Notes: a model not told the origin generated them from the letters alone. Positions 28,647 through 38,443 are shown, counted from the first letter of the stretch. The stretch is 64,000 bases of DNA from Candidatus Sumerlaeaceae bacterium (GCA_051003195.1 JBPCLP010000025.1:1-64000); one strand, 5' to 3'. Translations and numbers: made by a program.

Positions 28647-29308
28647 ACCCACCCGGACCCAACGGTTCACGCGACCTGATGAACCACGCCGACGCCTTCG
28701 CGCTGGACGAGGAAGATGAGAATGGCGTGGACGGTGAACGCAACTTCGAGATGGAAGACGTGATCACGCGGATGCTGACGCTGCTGGGCGAAGATCCTGA
28801 TCGCGAGGGCCTCGTGCGCACACCCCTGCGTGTTGCGCGTGCGATGGAAACGCTGACGTCGGGCTATCGCATGTCCGTCGAGAAGATCGTCAATAACGCC
28901 GTCTTCTCGGAGAAATACGACGAGATTGTCTCCATTAAGAACATCCACTTTTTCAGCATGTGCGAACATCACATGCTGCCATTTTACGGCATCGCCAACA
29001 TTGGATATATTCCCGATGGGAAAGTTATCGGCCTGAGCAAGATTCCGCGCATCGTCGACATGTTCGCGCGTCGTCTGCAATTGCAGGAACGTTTGACCAC
29101 GCAGATTGCGTATTGCCTCAATGAAATCCTCGAGCCGCGCGGTGTCGCCGTGGTGCTCGAAGGCTTCCACCTGTGCATGATGATGCGTGGAGTTGAAAAA
29201 CAGGATTGTACTACCGTAACCAGTTGCATGCTTGGCGACTTCCGAAGTAACGTACAAACGCGCAATGAGTTCATGTCTCTGTGTGGCAGCCACTCGATCG
29301 CCAAGTGA
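28643..29308 (+). CDS. folE: GTP cyclohydrolase I
   Basis: [46 protein letters not shown]. Confidence 0.97.
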   Translation: MNPPGPNGSRDLMNHADAFALDEEDENGVDGERNFEMEDVITRMLTLLGEDPDREGLVRTPLRVARAMETLTSGYRMSVEKIVNNAVFSEKYDEIVSIKNIHFFSMCEHHMLPFYGIANIGYIPDGKVIGLSKIPRIVDMFARRLQLQERLTTQIAYCLNEILEPRGVAVVLEGFHLCMMMRGVEKQDCTTVTSCMLGDFRSNVQTRNEFMSLCGSHSIAK

Positions 29309-29320
29309 AAGGTGAGCTGA

Positions 29321-29530
29321 CCTGGTGTGATGCACCAGAGATTCGTTACCATGTTTTCGGTTTCCGGCGCCCCTTTAGGGCGCGAAAAATGGGGGTGCTC
29401 TAAACCCTGCGTCGGCCACAAAAAGCCGTGGCCTCCTTTCCCTGGGCTGTGTTCCGCTGCGCCTTCGGTGCAAAAAACCTGAAGGCTGCGGATTCCAAAA
29501 AGCCGGAATCCTGAATTATGCCGCGAAATG
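29321..29530. repeat. REPIN/MITE-like repeat (family of 24420-24608 and 36278-36413)
   Basis: Shared CAGAGATTCGTTAC, GCGCCC..GGGCGC, CCCTGGGCTGTGTTCCGCTGC, GGATTCCAAAAAGCCGGAATCC. Confidence 0.8.
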
Positions 29531-29565
29531 AGAGACCGCTGGCCTCGCTCTGTGCGCTGCCGCGA

Positions 29566-30159
29566 CTAAGAGCCTGGCGGAATCGCTGCGAAGACAAGAT
29601 CTAAGTCCAATTCAAAAGATTCAAAGATCGAGACGGTGACTTTGCCCGTCGCCTCTACAAAACGCACACGATCGTAAGCACCGGAAGCATTCAGCACGCG
29701 AATCGTGACCAGCTTCTCCACGGGGTCCAGCACCCAATACTCCCGGACGCCGTGCTTTTCATAAAGTGCCGCCTTGATGATCTGGTCGTGTGAAGCATTG
29801 GATGGTGAAAGCACTTCAATAATGAAATCGGGCGCGGCGCGAATTCCGCGTTTGTCTATCTTCTGGGGATCGCATACTACCAGCAAGTCAGGTTGAACTA
29901 CGGTCTCAGCGTTTTCGAGAGCCTGCAGATTGTCGCTCAGGATAAGATCAATAGGTGAACTCAGGCCTCGGCACTGTTTGCCCAGTAAAAGATTACCGAT
30001 TTGCCGCGCTAACTCAAAAACAATGGCCTGGTGCGACGGGGTGGGTGCCGGCGACATAGCATACGGCAGCCCTTCGATCACTTCCCAGCGCTCGTCAGCG
30101 GGCCAGGAAAGGTAATCTTTGTAAGTAAACCTCTGTTCGGTGTTGAGAACGAAGCTCAT
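29566..30159 (-). CDS. Uma2-family (DUF820) endonuclease
   Basis: MSPAP...HQ, VQPDLLVVCD, APDFIIEVLSPS, K..LYE.HGVREYW.LDP. Confidence 0.93.
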   Translation of the reverse strand: MSFVLNTEQRFTYKDYLSWPADERWEVIEGLPYAMSPAPTPSHQAIVFELARQIGNLLLGKQCRGLSSPIDLILSDNLQALENAETVVQPDLLVVCDPQKIDKRGIRAAPDFIIEVLSPSNASHDQIIKAALYEKHGVREYWVLDPVEKLVTIRVLNASGAYDRVRFVEATGKVTVSIFESFELDLDLVFAAIPPGS

Positions 30160-30271
30160 AGTCTGAATACCTAGCATACAATTGCGTCGATTAATAACTC
30201 AAGAATGAGTATTCGAACTGAATAGCACGAATTTTCTTTCCTCAAAGCCGTGTTGCATGCAGGATGAGTGA

Positions 30272-31735
30272 TTGATGTCAGATACTCCAAAACGTCGCGT
30301 CTTCTTCGTGGTTCCCCCCACGGGATTATACATCCGTGAGGACCGGTGCCAGACCCCCATCGAAGAGATGAAGACCATCGCGCTGCGCCCACCGATCGAC
30401 CTGATGTACTCGGCCGGCTCCACCGAGGCTGCCGGCTGCGAATGCCGGCTCATGGATTACCCGGGCGAACGCAAGACGTGGTGTGACCTTTCCCAGGACA
30501 TCCGTGAATTCCAACCCGACGTGATCATGTTGTCGATCACCACACCGTCGCTGCACAAGGATGTCGAAGCGGCGCGTCTCGCCAGGGAAATTAAGCCGGA
30601 CATTCTCACGGTTGCCAAGGGCGCGCATTTTCATGTTCTGGATCGCGAGAGCCTCGAGTTATACCCGATGCTCGACTGCGTCATCCGCGGCGAATACGAG
30701 CTGACTGCTGCTGAGCTTGGAACCGGCAAGCCGCTCGCCGAAATTGCTGGAATTACCTGGCGTGCGGCGGATGGCACCATCATCAAGAACCCCGACCGTC
30801 CGTTTATCGACAACCTGGATACGGTTCCATTTCCTGCGCGGCATCTCACCAACAACGCCCTCTATTTTCGTCCCGACTCGATGGAGCTTCAGACAACCAT
30901 TGTGACAAACCGCGGCTGTCCGCATGCGTGCATCTATTGCCTGGCGCCGGTGGTCTCAGGAAAGAAAAACCGCTATCGTTCCACTGAGAACGTCGTCGCC
31001 GAACTCGAAGAGTGCGTGAACAAATACGGCATCCGCAATTTTCTTTTCCGCAGCGACCTGTTTACCCAGAACAAGAAATGGGTGGTGGAGCTTTGCCAGA
31101 AGATAGTGGATCGCGGGCTGCAGATCAACTGGGCAAGCAACAGCCGCGTGGACTGCATCAATCGCGAAATGCTCGACTGGATGAAAAAGGCGGGCTGCTG
31201 GATTGTTGCCTTCGGGGTCGAAAGTGGAAATGAAAAGACGCTTGAGCTGATCAAAAAGAAAGCAACAGTGGACCAGGCCCGCGAAGCCGTGCGGCTGTGC
31301 CGCGAAGCCGGCGTGAAGAGCAGCGTGTACCTTCTCATGGGTCTGCCCTGGGACACGCCCGAGACACTCGAAGACAACGTGCAGTTCGCGAAGGAAATTC
31401 AGCCGGATTTCGTGGAGATCTTTTACACCTACCCGTTCCCCGGCACGGAGCTCCACAAGATCGCGCTCGAGAAAGGCCTGATCGTCCCCGGCGAAATCCC
31501 GCAGGAAGCGTATGCCAACCCGGCGATGGGCGGCATGTACATGACGAAGGAGGAGCTTGCGAGCTGGCGCCGCCGCAGCCTCCGCCGAATCTACCTGCAG
31601 CCGCGCTACATCGCGCGCACGCTGGCCGGCGCACGCAACCCGCGCGAACTCGCCAATTACATTAAGTACGGCGTACTCACACTGAAAGACCTGGTCTTCG
31701 GAAAGCCGAAAATGACCGGCAGCGCGACGGACTAA
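30272..31735 (+). CDS. B12-binding-domain radical SAM protein
   Basis: TNRGCPHACIYC (CxxxCxxC); N-terminal cobalamin-binding-like domain; FGVESG, PFPGTEL. Confidence 0.9.
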   Translation: MMSDTPKRRVFFVVPPTGLYIREDRCQTPIEEMKTIALRPPIDLMYSAGSTEAAGCECRLMDYPGERKTWCDLSQDIREFQPDVIMLSITTPSLHKDVEAARLAREIKPDILTVAKGAHFHVLDRESLELYPMLDCVIRGEYELTAAELGTGKPLAEIAGITWRAADGTIIKNPDRPFIDNLDTVPFPARHLTNNALYFRPDSMELQTTIVTNRGCPHACIYCLAPVVSGKKNRYRSTENVVAELEECVNKYGIRNFLFRSDLFTQNKKWVVELCQKIVDRGLQINWASNSRVDCINREMLDWMKKAGCWIVAFGVESGNEKTLELIKKKATVDQAREAVRLCREAGVKSSVYLLMGLPWDTPETLEDNVQFAKEIQPDFVEIFYTYPFPGTELHKIALEKGLIVPGEIPQEAYANPAMGGMYMTKEELASWRRRSLRRIYLQPRYIARTLAGARNPRELANYIKYGVLTLKDLVFGKPKMTGSATD

Positions 31736-31738
31736 CCA

Positions 31739-31846
31739 CGAGTCGCGGCACCCGAAGTGATCATCCGGCTTAAACAGGGTCGAATGTCGAGCAAGGACAA
31801 GAACGACATTGAAGGATTACAGAAGCTGATCGAGTTAGAACATTGA
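31739..31846 (+). pseudogene. C-terminal remnant of a nucleotidyltransferase-type toxin (RVAAPEVIIRLKQGRMSSKDKNDIEGLQKLIELEH*)
   Basis: Manual translation; resembles the ..PE.II.LK.....KD..DI..L end of minimal NTase toxins; no 5' part or start codon. Confidence 0.5.
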
Positions 31847-32046
31847 TCGCGGCCGGCTCAGAAATCATTCGCCGTTTGCAGGTAGTTTCACAAATGCGCG
31901 ATTTCCTTTTGGAAATGCGCCGCAACAACTCAGCCGCCTACGACCGCGGTGAGTTCCCCTATAAGCCTCCCTACGACATCCGAAGCGACGCCGACTACTG
32001 GCTACGCCTCAAAGCCGAGCGCGACGCCGCCCTTAAACGCGATTAA
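31843..32046 (+). CDS. Small hypothetical protein, possible partner of the NTase remnant
   Basis: TTGA overlap with the remnant's stop; 67 aa. Confidence 0.45.
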   Translation: MIAAGSEIIRRLQVVSQMRDFLLEMRRNNSAAYDRGEFPYKPPYDIRSDADYWLRLKAERDAALKRD

Positions 32047-33236
32047 TAACTGCGCTGCGCCGGTGGTGGCGTTCCAGCAGCTGGTGTGGGTGTTGCCGGG
32101 GGTGCGGTCGGCACGGGTGACGCGCCCGGCAGCGCGCGTGCATCCGCTGCGGGTGGCGGTGTGACACCGTCTGGTGTTTCAATGCGCGGATGAAAACCTA
32201 AAAAGAACGGCTCAATCACGGTGTTCGCCGCGGCATCAAACTCCCGAATCGGCGCCTCGGCGCCCGCCACTTTCAGCATGCCGTTTGAATCGAAGACCTG
32301 GATGCGGGCGCGGTACCGCGCCGAACCCGCCGCCGGATTCCCCGGGTCCAGCAACCTGGAATAGTTATAGATGTAATCCCGGCCTTTAACTTCCTCATCC
32401 TCGACGACAAATCGGCGCTCGGTATTGACCTCCGACTGATTCTGCTCGCCGATCGATTTTGTGAACTGCTGGATGTACTCGGACGGCGACATCTGCCCGG
32501 CGCCGCCACCCGCGCTGCTGGTGTTTGGGACAGCCCACACCCGCAGGTCGAGTTTGCCGCGGGGCGACTTTGAAACTGCGCCATCCCCGTTGCGCGCAAT
32601 GCGGTAATTCCAGCCGGGCGGAAACTGAACCGTCATTCCAAATTGCTGGTTATGGTAAACCGGCTCGCTGGAATCCACCTCAACAACGGTGCTTGTCGAC
32701 GTCGGCGTCGGCGTCGCGACAGGGCCGCCATCCATCGAGATTGCAGTCGAGGCCGGACTTCCAGCGGCGGCGGCCGTCGTGCCCGGCGCGCCAAGTTCCG
32801 CATTCAAAGCTGCGAAATCGAGCCCGTTCAACTCCCGCTTGATCTGGCCGCCCTTGTCCAGCACAAGCAGACGCGATTCGCGGCCCTGCAGCAGGTTGCT
32901 TCCCCGCACGTGGAATGCCGGCACGTGGAGCTCGCGCTGACGCAGGATCTCAGAGATCACTTCAAACGAAGTATCCTCAGGCCCGATGCTGACGGCGTAC
33001 ACATTGACGCGTGGCCGGTTTGGATCGCGAAACCACTGGTCGAATTTCGTCGTGGCATCCACCGAGTTCGCATCTGCTGCAAAAATCAGCACGGCCGCCG
33101 GATCCTGTTCCAGTTGGGTGATGCGCGCACCCTGCATCGGAACCAGGTCGAGACCAGCGAAGTAGCCCGTTTTTACCACATCGGCAATACAGCTGGCGGC
33201 CACAGTCAGTATCATTCCCAGTATTAGACGTTTCAT
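32043..33236 (-). CDS. Secreted hypothetical protein (possible thioredoxin-like N-domain and PsbP-like C-domain)
   Basis: Signal peptide; Y.N..FG.TV.FPPGW pattern; Pro/Thr linkers. Confidence 0.65.
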   Translation of the reverse strand: MKRLILGMILTVAASCIADVVKTGYFAGLDLVPMQGARITQLEQDPAAVLIFAADANSVDATTKFDQWFRDPNRPRVNVYAVSIGPEDTSFEVISEILRQRELHVPAFHVRGSNLLQGRESRLLVLDKGGQIKRELNGLDFAALNAELGAPGTTAAAAGSPASTAISMDGGPVATPTPTSTSTVVEVDSSEPVYHNQQFGMTVQFPPGWNYRIARNGDGAVSKSPRGKLDLRVWAVPNTSSAGGGAGQMSPSEYIQQFTKSIGEQNQSEVNTERRFVVEDEEVKGRDYIYNYSRLLDPGNPAAGSARYRARIQVFDSNGMLKVAGAEAPIREFDAAANTVIEPFFLGFHPRIETPDGVTPPPAADARALPGASPVPTAPPATPTPAAGTPPPAQRSY

Positions 33237-33305
33237 ATCACCAGCTCAATCCGCTTCAAAGGTCATCGCAATGCCTAATTCGCGTATCTGCTTTGGCAAT
33301 GCGCT

Positions 33306-34607
33306 TCATGCGAACGCCAGCTTTTCGTTCATCTGAGGCTGGATCGTGCTCCCGGCCGCAATCTGACTGCCCGGCAAATCCATGGGTCGTGTTCCGGGAA
33401 AGATAAGAACATTTCGTCCGACGCTGGTGCCCGGCGGAAGCAGTACATTTTCGCCAATCACGGTGATGCCGGTGTCCAGCAGGTCGGGGAACTGCTGGTT
33501 CGCGATGTTCTCGTCGCCCGTGCCGATCGCGCACGAACGGTCGAGGGCGGTCGATTTATCCATGATGCACCGGTGGACGTGTGCTTCCTCGCCGATCATA
33601 CAGTTTGGAAAAACGACCGAGTCCGTTACTCGCGCGCCGCGGCTTATCCGGACACCCGGAAACAGTACCGATCGCTCAACCGTGCCCTCGACAACGCAGC
33701 CACGCCCAATGTAGCTGTTACGCACCGTGGCCGAAGCACCTATGGCGGCCGGGAAATAATTCGCCACTTTCGAATCGTAGGTGTTCGTTCGCAGGCCCCA
33801 CGAACGCAGATCCAGCCGCGAAGTCTCCGGTTCCAGCGTTTCCATGTGTGCATGCCAGAAGCTTTCAATGGTGCCTACATCCCGCCAGTAGCCCTCAAAT
33901 ACGTAGCCGAACATCCGGTCCTGCGCCAGCATTGCGGGCAGCACATTCTTCCCGAAATCCTTTTGGCTGTTGGGATCATTTGCGTCCTCTTGCAGGCGTC
34001 GCAAGAGGGTCTGCGCATCGAAAACGTAAATCCCCAGTGAAGCAAGATTGGAGATCGGCTCGACCTTCGGCTTCTCCTGGAAGCGCAGCACGCGACCGTC
34101 CTCGGCCAGTTGCACCAGTCCAAACCGGCTGGTATCTTCCCATGGCACCGGCTGAACCGCCACCGTCACGTCGGCACGGCGCTGCACATGCTGCCGGATC
34201 ATCTCTGCATAGTCCATCTTGTAGATGTGATCGCCCGACAAAACAATCACGAGGTCCGGATCAAAGCGCTGGATAAACTGGCGATTCTGCCAGATCGCGT
34301 CGGCGGTGTTCGCATACCAGTCGCTGTCCTCGTCGCCTTTATACGGCGGCAAAATACGTGCGGTGCGATCGCGGCCCGTGAATCCCCACCACTCCCCCGT
34401 TCCAATATGCTCCGTCAGCGAGTGCGGTTTATACTGCGTCAGCACTCCCACCACTCCGATGTCCGCGTGCATAATGTTGGAAAGTGTGAAGTCGATAATC
34501 CGGTAATTGCCCCCAAAGGGCACTGCGGGCTTGGCACGGCGGTTGGATAGAATCGACAGCCGGGATCCCTGGCCCCCGGCAAGCAGCATGGCGATGGTTG
34601 AAGTCAT
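33306..34607 (-). CDS. glgC: Glucose-1-phosphate adenylyltransferase
   Basis: LLAGGQGSRL, RAKPAVPFGG.YRIIDF, LSGDHIYKMDY, F.EKP, YWRDVGT. Confidence 0.97.
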   Translation of the reverse strand: MTSTIAMLLAGGQGSRLSILSNRRAKPAVPFGGNYRIIDFTLSNIMHADIGVVGVLTQYKPHSLTEHIGTGEWWGFTGRDRTARILPPYKGDEDSDWYANTADAIWQNRQFIQRFDPDLVIVLSGDHIYKMDYAEMIRQHVQRRADVTVAVQPVPWEDTSRFGLVQLAEDGRVLRFQEKPKVEPISNLASLGIYVFDAQTLLRRLQEDANDPNSQKDFGKNVLPAMLAQDRMFGYVFEGYWRDVGTIESFWHAHMETLEPETSRLDLRSWGLRTNTYDSKVANYFPAAIGASATVRNSYIGRGCVVEGTVERSVLFPGVRISRGARVTDSVVFPNCMIGEEAHVHRCIMDKSTALDRSCAIGTGDENIANQQFPDLLDTGITVIGENVLLPPGTSVGRNVLIFPGTRPMDLPGSQIAAGSTIQPQMNEKLAFA

Positions 34608-34702
34608 CTGGAGCAGGTGCCTCGTGCAAAATTGTAAACGCCGGTGCGATTTGCTGCCTGTAGCGTGCCAAACGCAAGCGGGTAAGTCGGGAGCCTGAAA
34701 TC

Positions 34703-34801
34703 AACCACAGAGGCACAGAGACATACAGAGAAACATAGAGAGTAAATTGCAAATGCTTGAACTCTTCGCTTTTCCCTCTGTGTCTCTGAGCCTCTGTGGT
34801 T
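34703..34801. repeat. CACAGAG-type inverted repeat element
   Basis: AACCACAGAGGCACAGAGACA ... TGTCTCTGAGCCTCTGTGGTT. Confidence 0.8.
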
Positions 34802-34843
34802 TAAATCCCTCGCATTGCGGCCAGACAACCTTATGCCATGAGC

Positions 34844-34871
34844 TTGAATAAACCCGGCTCGCGCTCATAAT
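34844..34871 (+). promoter_or_regulatory. Putative sigma70 promoter for rpsG (TTGAAT-N16-CATAAT)
   Basis: Near-consensus hexamers upstream of a GGAGG RBS. Confidence 0.45.
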
Positions 34872-34925
34872 GCACTCTTCGGTTCAACCTTACCCACGGA
34901 TTTATTTTGGAGGCAGTCGAAGCAC

Positions 34926-35405
34926 ATGTCACGCAGGCGTGAAGCAGTCAAGCGCACCGTCCTACCGGATCAGCAGTTTAACAGCATGCTGATAACCAAG
35001 TTTATTAACTCCCTGATGGAGCGCGGCAAGAAGAGCACCGCCGAGCGGATTTTCTATGTCTCGATGTCCACCGCACAGGCCAAGGTTGGCGAGCCCGCCA
35101 GCGATGGTCTCGCATTCTTTACCCAGGCGCTGGAAAATGTAAAGCCGCTCCTGGAAGTAAAGAGCCGCCGTGTGGGTGGCGCCAACTACCAGGTCCCGGT
35201 CGAAGTGCGTACCGAGCGTCGCACCTCCCTGGCGATCCGCTGGGTTCTGGATGCAGCGCGCAGTCGTGGCGAAAAGACTATGGCGCAGCGCCTCGCCAAC
35301 GAACTGGTCGACGCATTCAACAATACCGGCTCCGCGGTCAAAAAGAAGGAAGACACACACCGCATGGCCGAGGCCAACAAGGCATTCGCCCACTACCGCT
35401 GGTAA
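34926..35405 (+). CDS. rpsG: 30S ribosomal protein S7 (stand-alone)
   Basis: [40 protein letters not shown]. Confidence 0.98.
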   Translation: MSRRREAVKRTVLPDQQFNSMLITKFINSLMERGKKSTAERIFYVSMSTAQAKVGEPASDGLAFFTQALENVKPLLEVKSRRVGGANYQVPVEVRTERRTSLAIRWVLDAARSRGEKTMAQRLANELVDAFNNTGSAVKKKEDTHRMAEANKAFAHYRW

Positions 35406-35425
35406 ATAACTTAACATCTAAATTC

Positions 35426-35465
35426 ACTGCGGCGGAAGAAAACTCTTTCGCCGCAGTTTTTGTTT
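35426..35465 (+). terminator. Rho-independent terminator after rpsG
   Basis: ACTGCGGCGGAAGA-AAAC-TCTTTCGCCGCAGT followed by TTTTGTTT. Confidence 0.85.
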
Positions 35466-35499
35466 ATGGAACAGAAACACAGGAAGGAGTAAGACTTCG

Positions 35500-35721
35500 A
35501 TGCATCTACAAGCCATTTTCCTTGATGATAGTCACCTGGAGCTAAACCAGCCTCTTCCCGGCAGCGCGGGCAAGCGCGTAACTATTGAGCTAAACGCAGA
35601 CGTACAGAACGCCACGCATTGTCGTCTTATTTGGCAGCAGGTATATGGCGCTACACATGCAAAAACGGCAAATGAATTAGAGCAACGCATCGCGGAAGTT
35701 CGCGCAGGATGGGATGAGTAG
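35500..35721 (+). CDS. Putative antitoxin (73 aa) of PIN toxin
   Basis: AGGAG RBS; small gene upstream of a PIN gene; ends in I.E.R..W like VapB antitoxins. Confidence 0.7.
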   Translation: MHLQAIFLDDSHLELNQPLPGSAGKRVTIELNADVQNATHCRLIWQQVYGATHAKTANELEQRIAEVRAGWDE

Positions 35722-36124
35722 TTGCCCAGGCTTTTTCTCGACTTGCGAGATTATCTACTTCGTTGAAGGGCCAAAAGACAGCCGGATCAGCCTACGAATT
35801 AGCTCCACTGCAACGGGAGCCGATCAGCTTTGCGTTTCTGAACTGTCCGTGCTCGAATGCAAAGTCCTGCCACTTCGCAATTCTGATTATGCATTAGTGC
35901 AGGCTTATGACAAGTTTTTTGCAGACCCGGATCTGGGTTGCCTGGAGGTAAGCCGTGCTGTGCTAAATACTGCGGCTCGGTTGCGAGCTGTGCATGGGCT
36001 AAGGACACCGGACGCTATTCAGGCCGCTTCCGCCATAACACTCGATGCAGATGTATTCCTTACAAACGATGCCAGTTTCAAACGAGTGACTGAGATTGAT
36101 GTCGAACTTGTTGAGCCAGGCTGA
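35714..36124 (+). CDS. vapC: VapC/PIN-domain toxin, apparently frameshifted at its N-terminus
   Basis: [36 protein letters not shown]; the N-terminal LFLD motif lies in another frame (TTG 35722). Confidence 0.8.
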   Translation: MSSCPGFFSTCEIIYFVEGPKDSRISLRISSTATGADQLCVSELSVLECKVLPLRNSDYALVQAYDKFFADPDLGCLEVSRAVLNTAARLRAVHGLRTPDAIQAASAITLDADVFLTNDASFKRVTEIDVELVEPG

Positions 36125-36139
36125 CGTTATAGGAAAGAG

Positions 36140-36194
36140 AGACACCCATCGCATGGCCGAGGCCAACAAGGCATTCGCCCACTACCGCTGGTAG
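36140..36194 (+). repeat. Duplicate of rpsG 3' end (35351-35405)
   Basis: 44 bp identical (36150-36193 vs 35361-35404), plus synonymous ACA/ACC, CAC/CAT and TAA/TAG differences. Confidence 0.95.
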
Positions 36195-36277
36195 ACCCGC
36201 CGTTTAGCCGATAGCTTCGTTTAATAACTAAAACTTAAAATGAGAGAGAGCGGAGAGAAATCTCCGCTCTTTCTGCT

Positions 36278-36413
36278 TTCCGGCGACCCTTCAGGCGCGA
36301 AAAATGGGGTACTGTAGCCCCGGGCATCGGATTCCAAAAAGCCGGAATCCTGACCTTCGGCTGTGTTGCGCTGCACCTTCGGTGCGAAAAACCTGAAGGC
36401 TGCTGAACTTGAA
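36278..36413. repeat. REPIN/MITE-like repeat (third family copy)
   Basis: GGATTCCAAAAAGCCGGAATCC, GCACCTTCGGTGC, AAAACCTGAAGGCTGC shared with 24.4 and 29.3 kb copies. Confidence 0.8.
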
Positions 36414-36435
36414 CAGCGTCCATGCTGCGGGCATG

Positions 36436-36466
36436 AAAAAAAACCGGGTGCCTCAAAGGCACCCGG
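36436..36466 (-). terminator. Rho-independent terminator of the pilin-like gene
   Basis: CCGGGTGCC-TTTGA-GGCACCCGG followed by T8 on the minus strand. Confidence 0.85.
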
Positions 36467-36507
36467 CGTTTACTTCGCGTCGAAATCGACTATCTACATA
36501 TCTACAC

Positions 36508-37233
36508 TTATTTTTGGCTACGGATGGCCGCAATGAGTCCCGCACCGCCGGCATAGGCGCCACTCGATTGTGGATTTCCGACCTGTGTACCGTTGGTGCG
36601 CCAGATGCTGCCACGACTTACGGTTCCATTTGTGGAATCGTAGATCATGTCCAGGCATGCAGGCACAGATGCCGGATCATAGTCGGTAGCCAGCACGCCA
36701 CCCAGGTTGTAATAGTTCCCGTCTGGGCCGCAGGAATGCAGCAACCAGGCTTTGCCCTTGCTGGTTGGAGGGGTTGTTCCGGAAAAACTGGCTCGATTAA
36801 TTTCGTCCCACGAGACGTAAATGTAGGAGTTTTGCTTTGCAGCCGCATCTCCCGGCGGAACTAATGTGGGCTGGGCTAGAGCCTGCATACCAGCCGCATT
36901 ACTTGCGGAGAATCGCCCGGTGATCTTAAATACATCTTTCACAAGTGCACTGGAAATGTACGCCACTGGTGTGGAGAGTCGTTCAAGAATTGTATTTTCT
37001 GCAGGCTCGGTATCTTGTTTTAACGCAATCCCGAATGAATGACATGGAGGAACGGCGTTGTGGTCAACCTGGTAAGCGGTGATCGCAGTGTCTTCGGTCC
37101 GCAGATCGTTCTTAACCCGGCTGACTTTGGCTCGTACTTGTGCCTCCAGAAAGTTTGGAACCGCGATTGCGGCTAGAATTGCGATGATGGCTACCACGAT
37201 GAGCAACTCGATGAGTGTAAAAGCTTTATTCAA
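36508..37233 (-). CDS. Prepilin-type N-methylation (GspG/pilin-like) protein
   Basis: AFTLIELLIVVAIIAILAAIAVPNFLEAQVRAKVSR; S.GPD; YDSTNGTVSRGSI; TTG start after GAGGTG inferred. Confidence 0.9.
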   Translation of the reverse strand: MNKAFTLIELLIVVAIIAILAAIAVPNFLEAQVRAKVSRVKNDLRTEDTAITAYQVDHNAVPPCHSFGIALKQDTEPAENTILERLSTPVAYISSALVKDVFKITGRFSASNAAGMQALAQPTLVPPGDAAAKQNSYIYVSWDEINRASFSGTTPPTSKGKAWLLHSCGPDGNYYNLGGVLATDYDPASVPACLDMIYDSTNGTVSRGSIWRTNGTQVGNPQSSGAYAGGAGLIAAIRSQK

Positions 37234-37500
37234 AAGGGTTTCACCTCTTTTCATATGAAGTTTTCCCCGCGCGAGGGAAAGATTAAAGCTTGTGCATTTG
37301 AGGAAGACTCTTTGCAACGGAAAACGTGGGTGGTTTTACCGAAATGTCGGCGACGCCCAAAATACGAGCCGCAGTGGCGTCATGCAGACCGTGGACCATT
37401 GACACTGAAGGAGCTTCCTGAGACGAGTTCGCATCGCTACCCTTCTACACCTTCTGCTTGCCAAACCCTCTCGGCGACTGTTTCTTCGCAGTCTTTTCCT

Positions 37501-38400
37501 ATGTTCTATCAGCCACGCACGATTGAGGAGGCTCTCAGCCTGAAGCGCCAGCTTGGGCCCGATGCGGCCTTCCTGGCCGGCGGCACGGATGTGATTGTCC
37601 TGATGAACCATGGCCGGCTGGTAGCCAAAGCGACCATCGACTTGACGCATGTGACAGGATTTGACCGGCTCCAGGTTTCAGGCGTGGACGGGCAGGGTTC
37701 CAGCGTCACCCTGGATGGCGGCGTTACGTTCGCGCAGCTTGCCAGGCTGCCAGTGAAGTGCCTTGCGGAGGCCTCCCTGGGGGTGGGAGGTCCGCAGATT
37801 CGCAACCGCGGCACCATCGCGGGCAACGTGGCGACCGCGTCGCCGGCGGGCGATGGCAGCACCGCACTGCTGGCACTTGACGCGGTGCTCGAACTGCGCA
37901 ACTCCGACACCTCGCGAAAGGTGCCGCTACGCGACTTCTTCCTGGATTACCGTAAGACTGCGCTCGCCCCGGATGAGATGATCACGGCGGTGGAGTTTCC
38001 CGGGAAGTGGCGCACCGCCTGGCAGAAACTTGGCAAGCGTGGCGCCATGAACATCTCGATGGTGTGCTGCGCAGTGGGGGTGTCACCGGAGGGAATGTTT
38101 CGCGTGGCGTTTGGCAGCGTTGGACCCTATCCGTTGCGCGCGCCAAACACGGAGGAGTTTTTGAGTGCAAAACTTGAGGAGCAGAACGGCAGAGGATCAG
38201 CGCTTGCAGACTCCCAGACCCTTGTCCTTCTTTCCGAAACCGTGATCGCGGAGGCCGAGCGGATGGCGAGCCACGAGGTACGGCCCATTGACGATTTCCG
38301 CGCAAGCGCAGCATACAGGCGCGCCATGTCCGGCGCACTTCTGAAAAAATGCCTGCGTGATCTTGGCGGCAAACCCGAGCCCGTGAAGTTTAGCGGATAG
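37501..38400 (+). CDS. Xanthine dehydrogenase / CO dehydrogenase family FAD-binding (medium) subunit
   Basis: Y.P.TIEEAL, LAGGTD, QIRNRGTIAGN..ASPAGD, RPIDDFRASA.YR. Confidence 0.9.
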   Translation: MFYQPRTIEEALSLKRQLGPDAAFLAGGTDVIVLMNHGRLVAKATIDLTHVTGFDRLQVSGVDGQGSSVTLDGGVTFAQLARLPVKCLAEASLGVGGPQIRNRGTIAGNVATASPAGDGSTALLALDAVLELRNSDTSRKVPLRDFFLDYRKTALAPDEMITAVEFPGKWRTAWQKLGKRGAMNISMVCCAVGVSPEGMFRVAFGSVGPYPLRAPNTEEFLSAKLEEQNGRGSALADSQTLVLLSETVIAEAERMASHEVRPIDDFRASAAYRRAMSGALLKKCLRDLGGKPEPVKFSG

Positions 38401-38443
38401 AAAATCCAATTTAAAATTCAAAATTCAAAATGTCTGAACCCGC

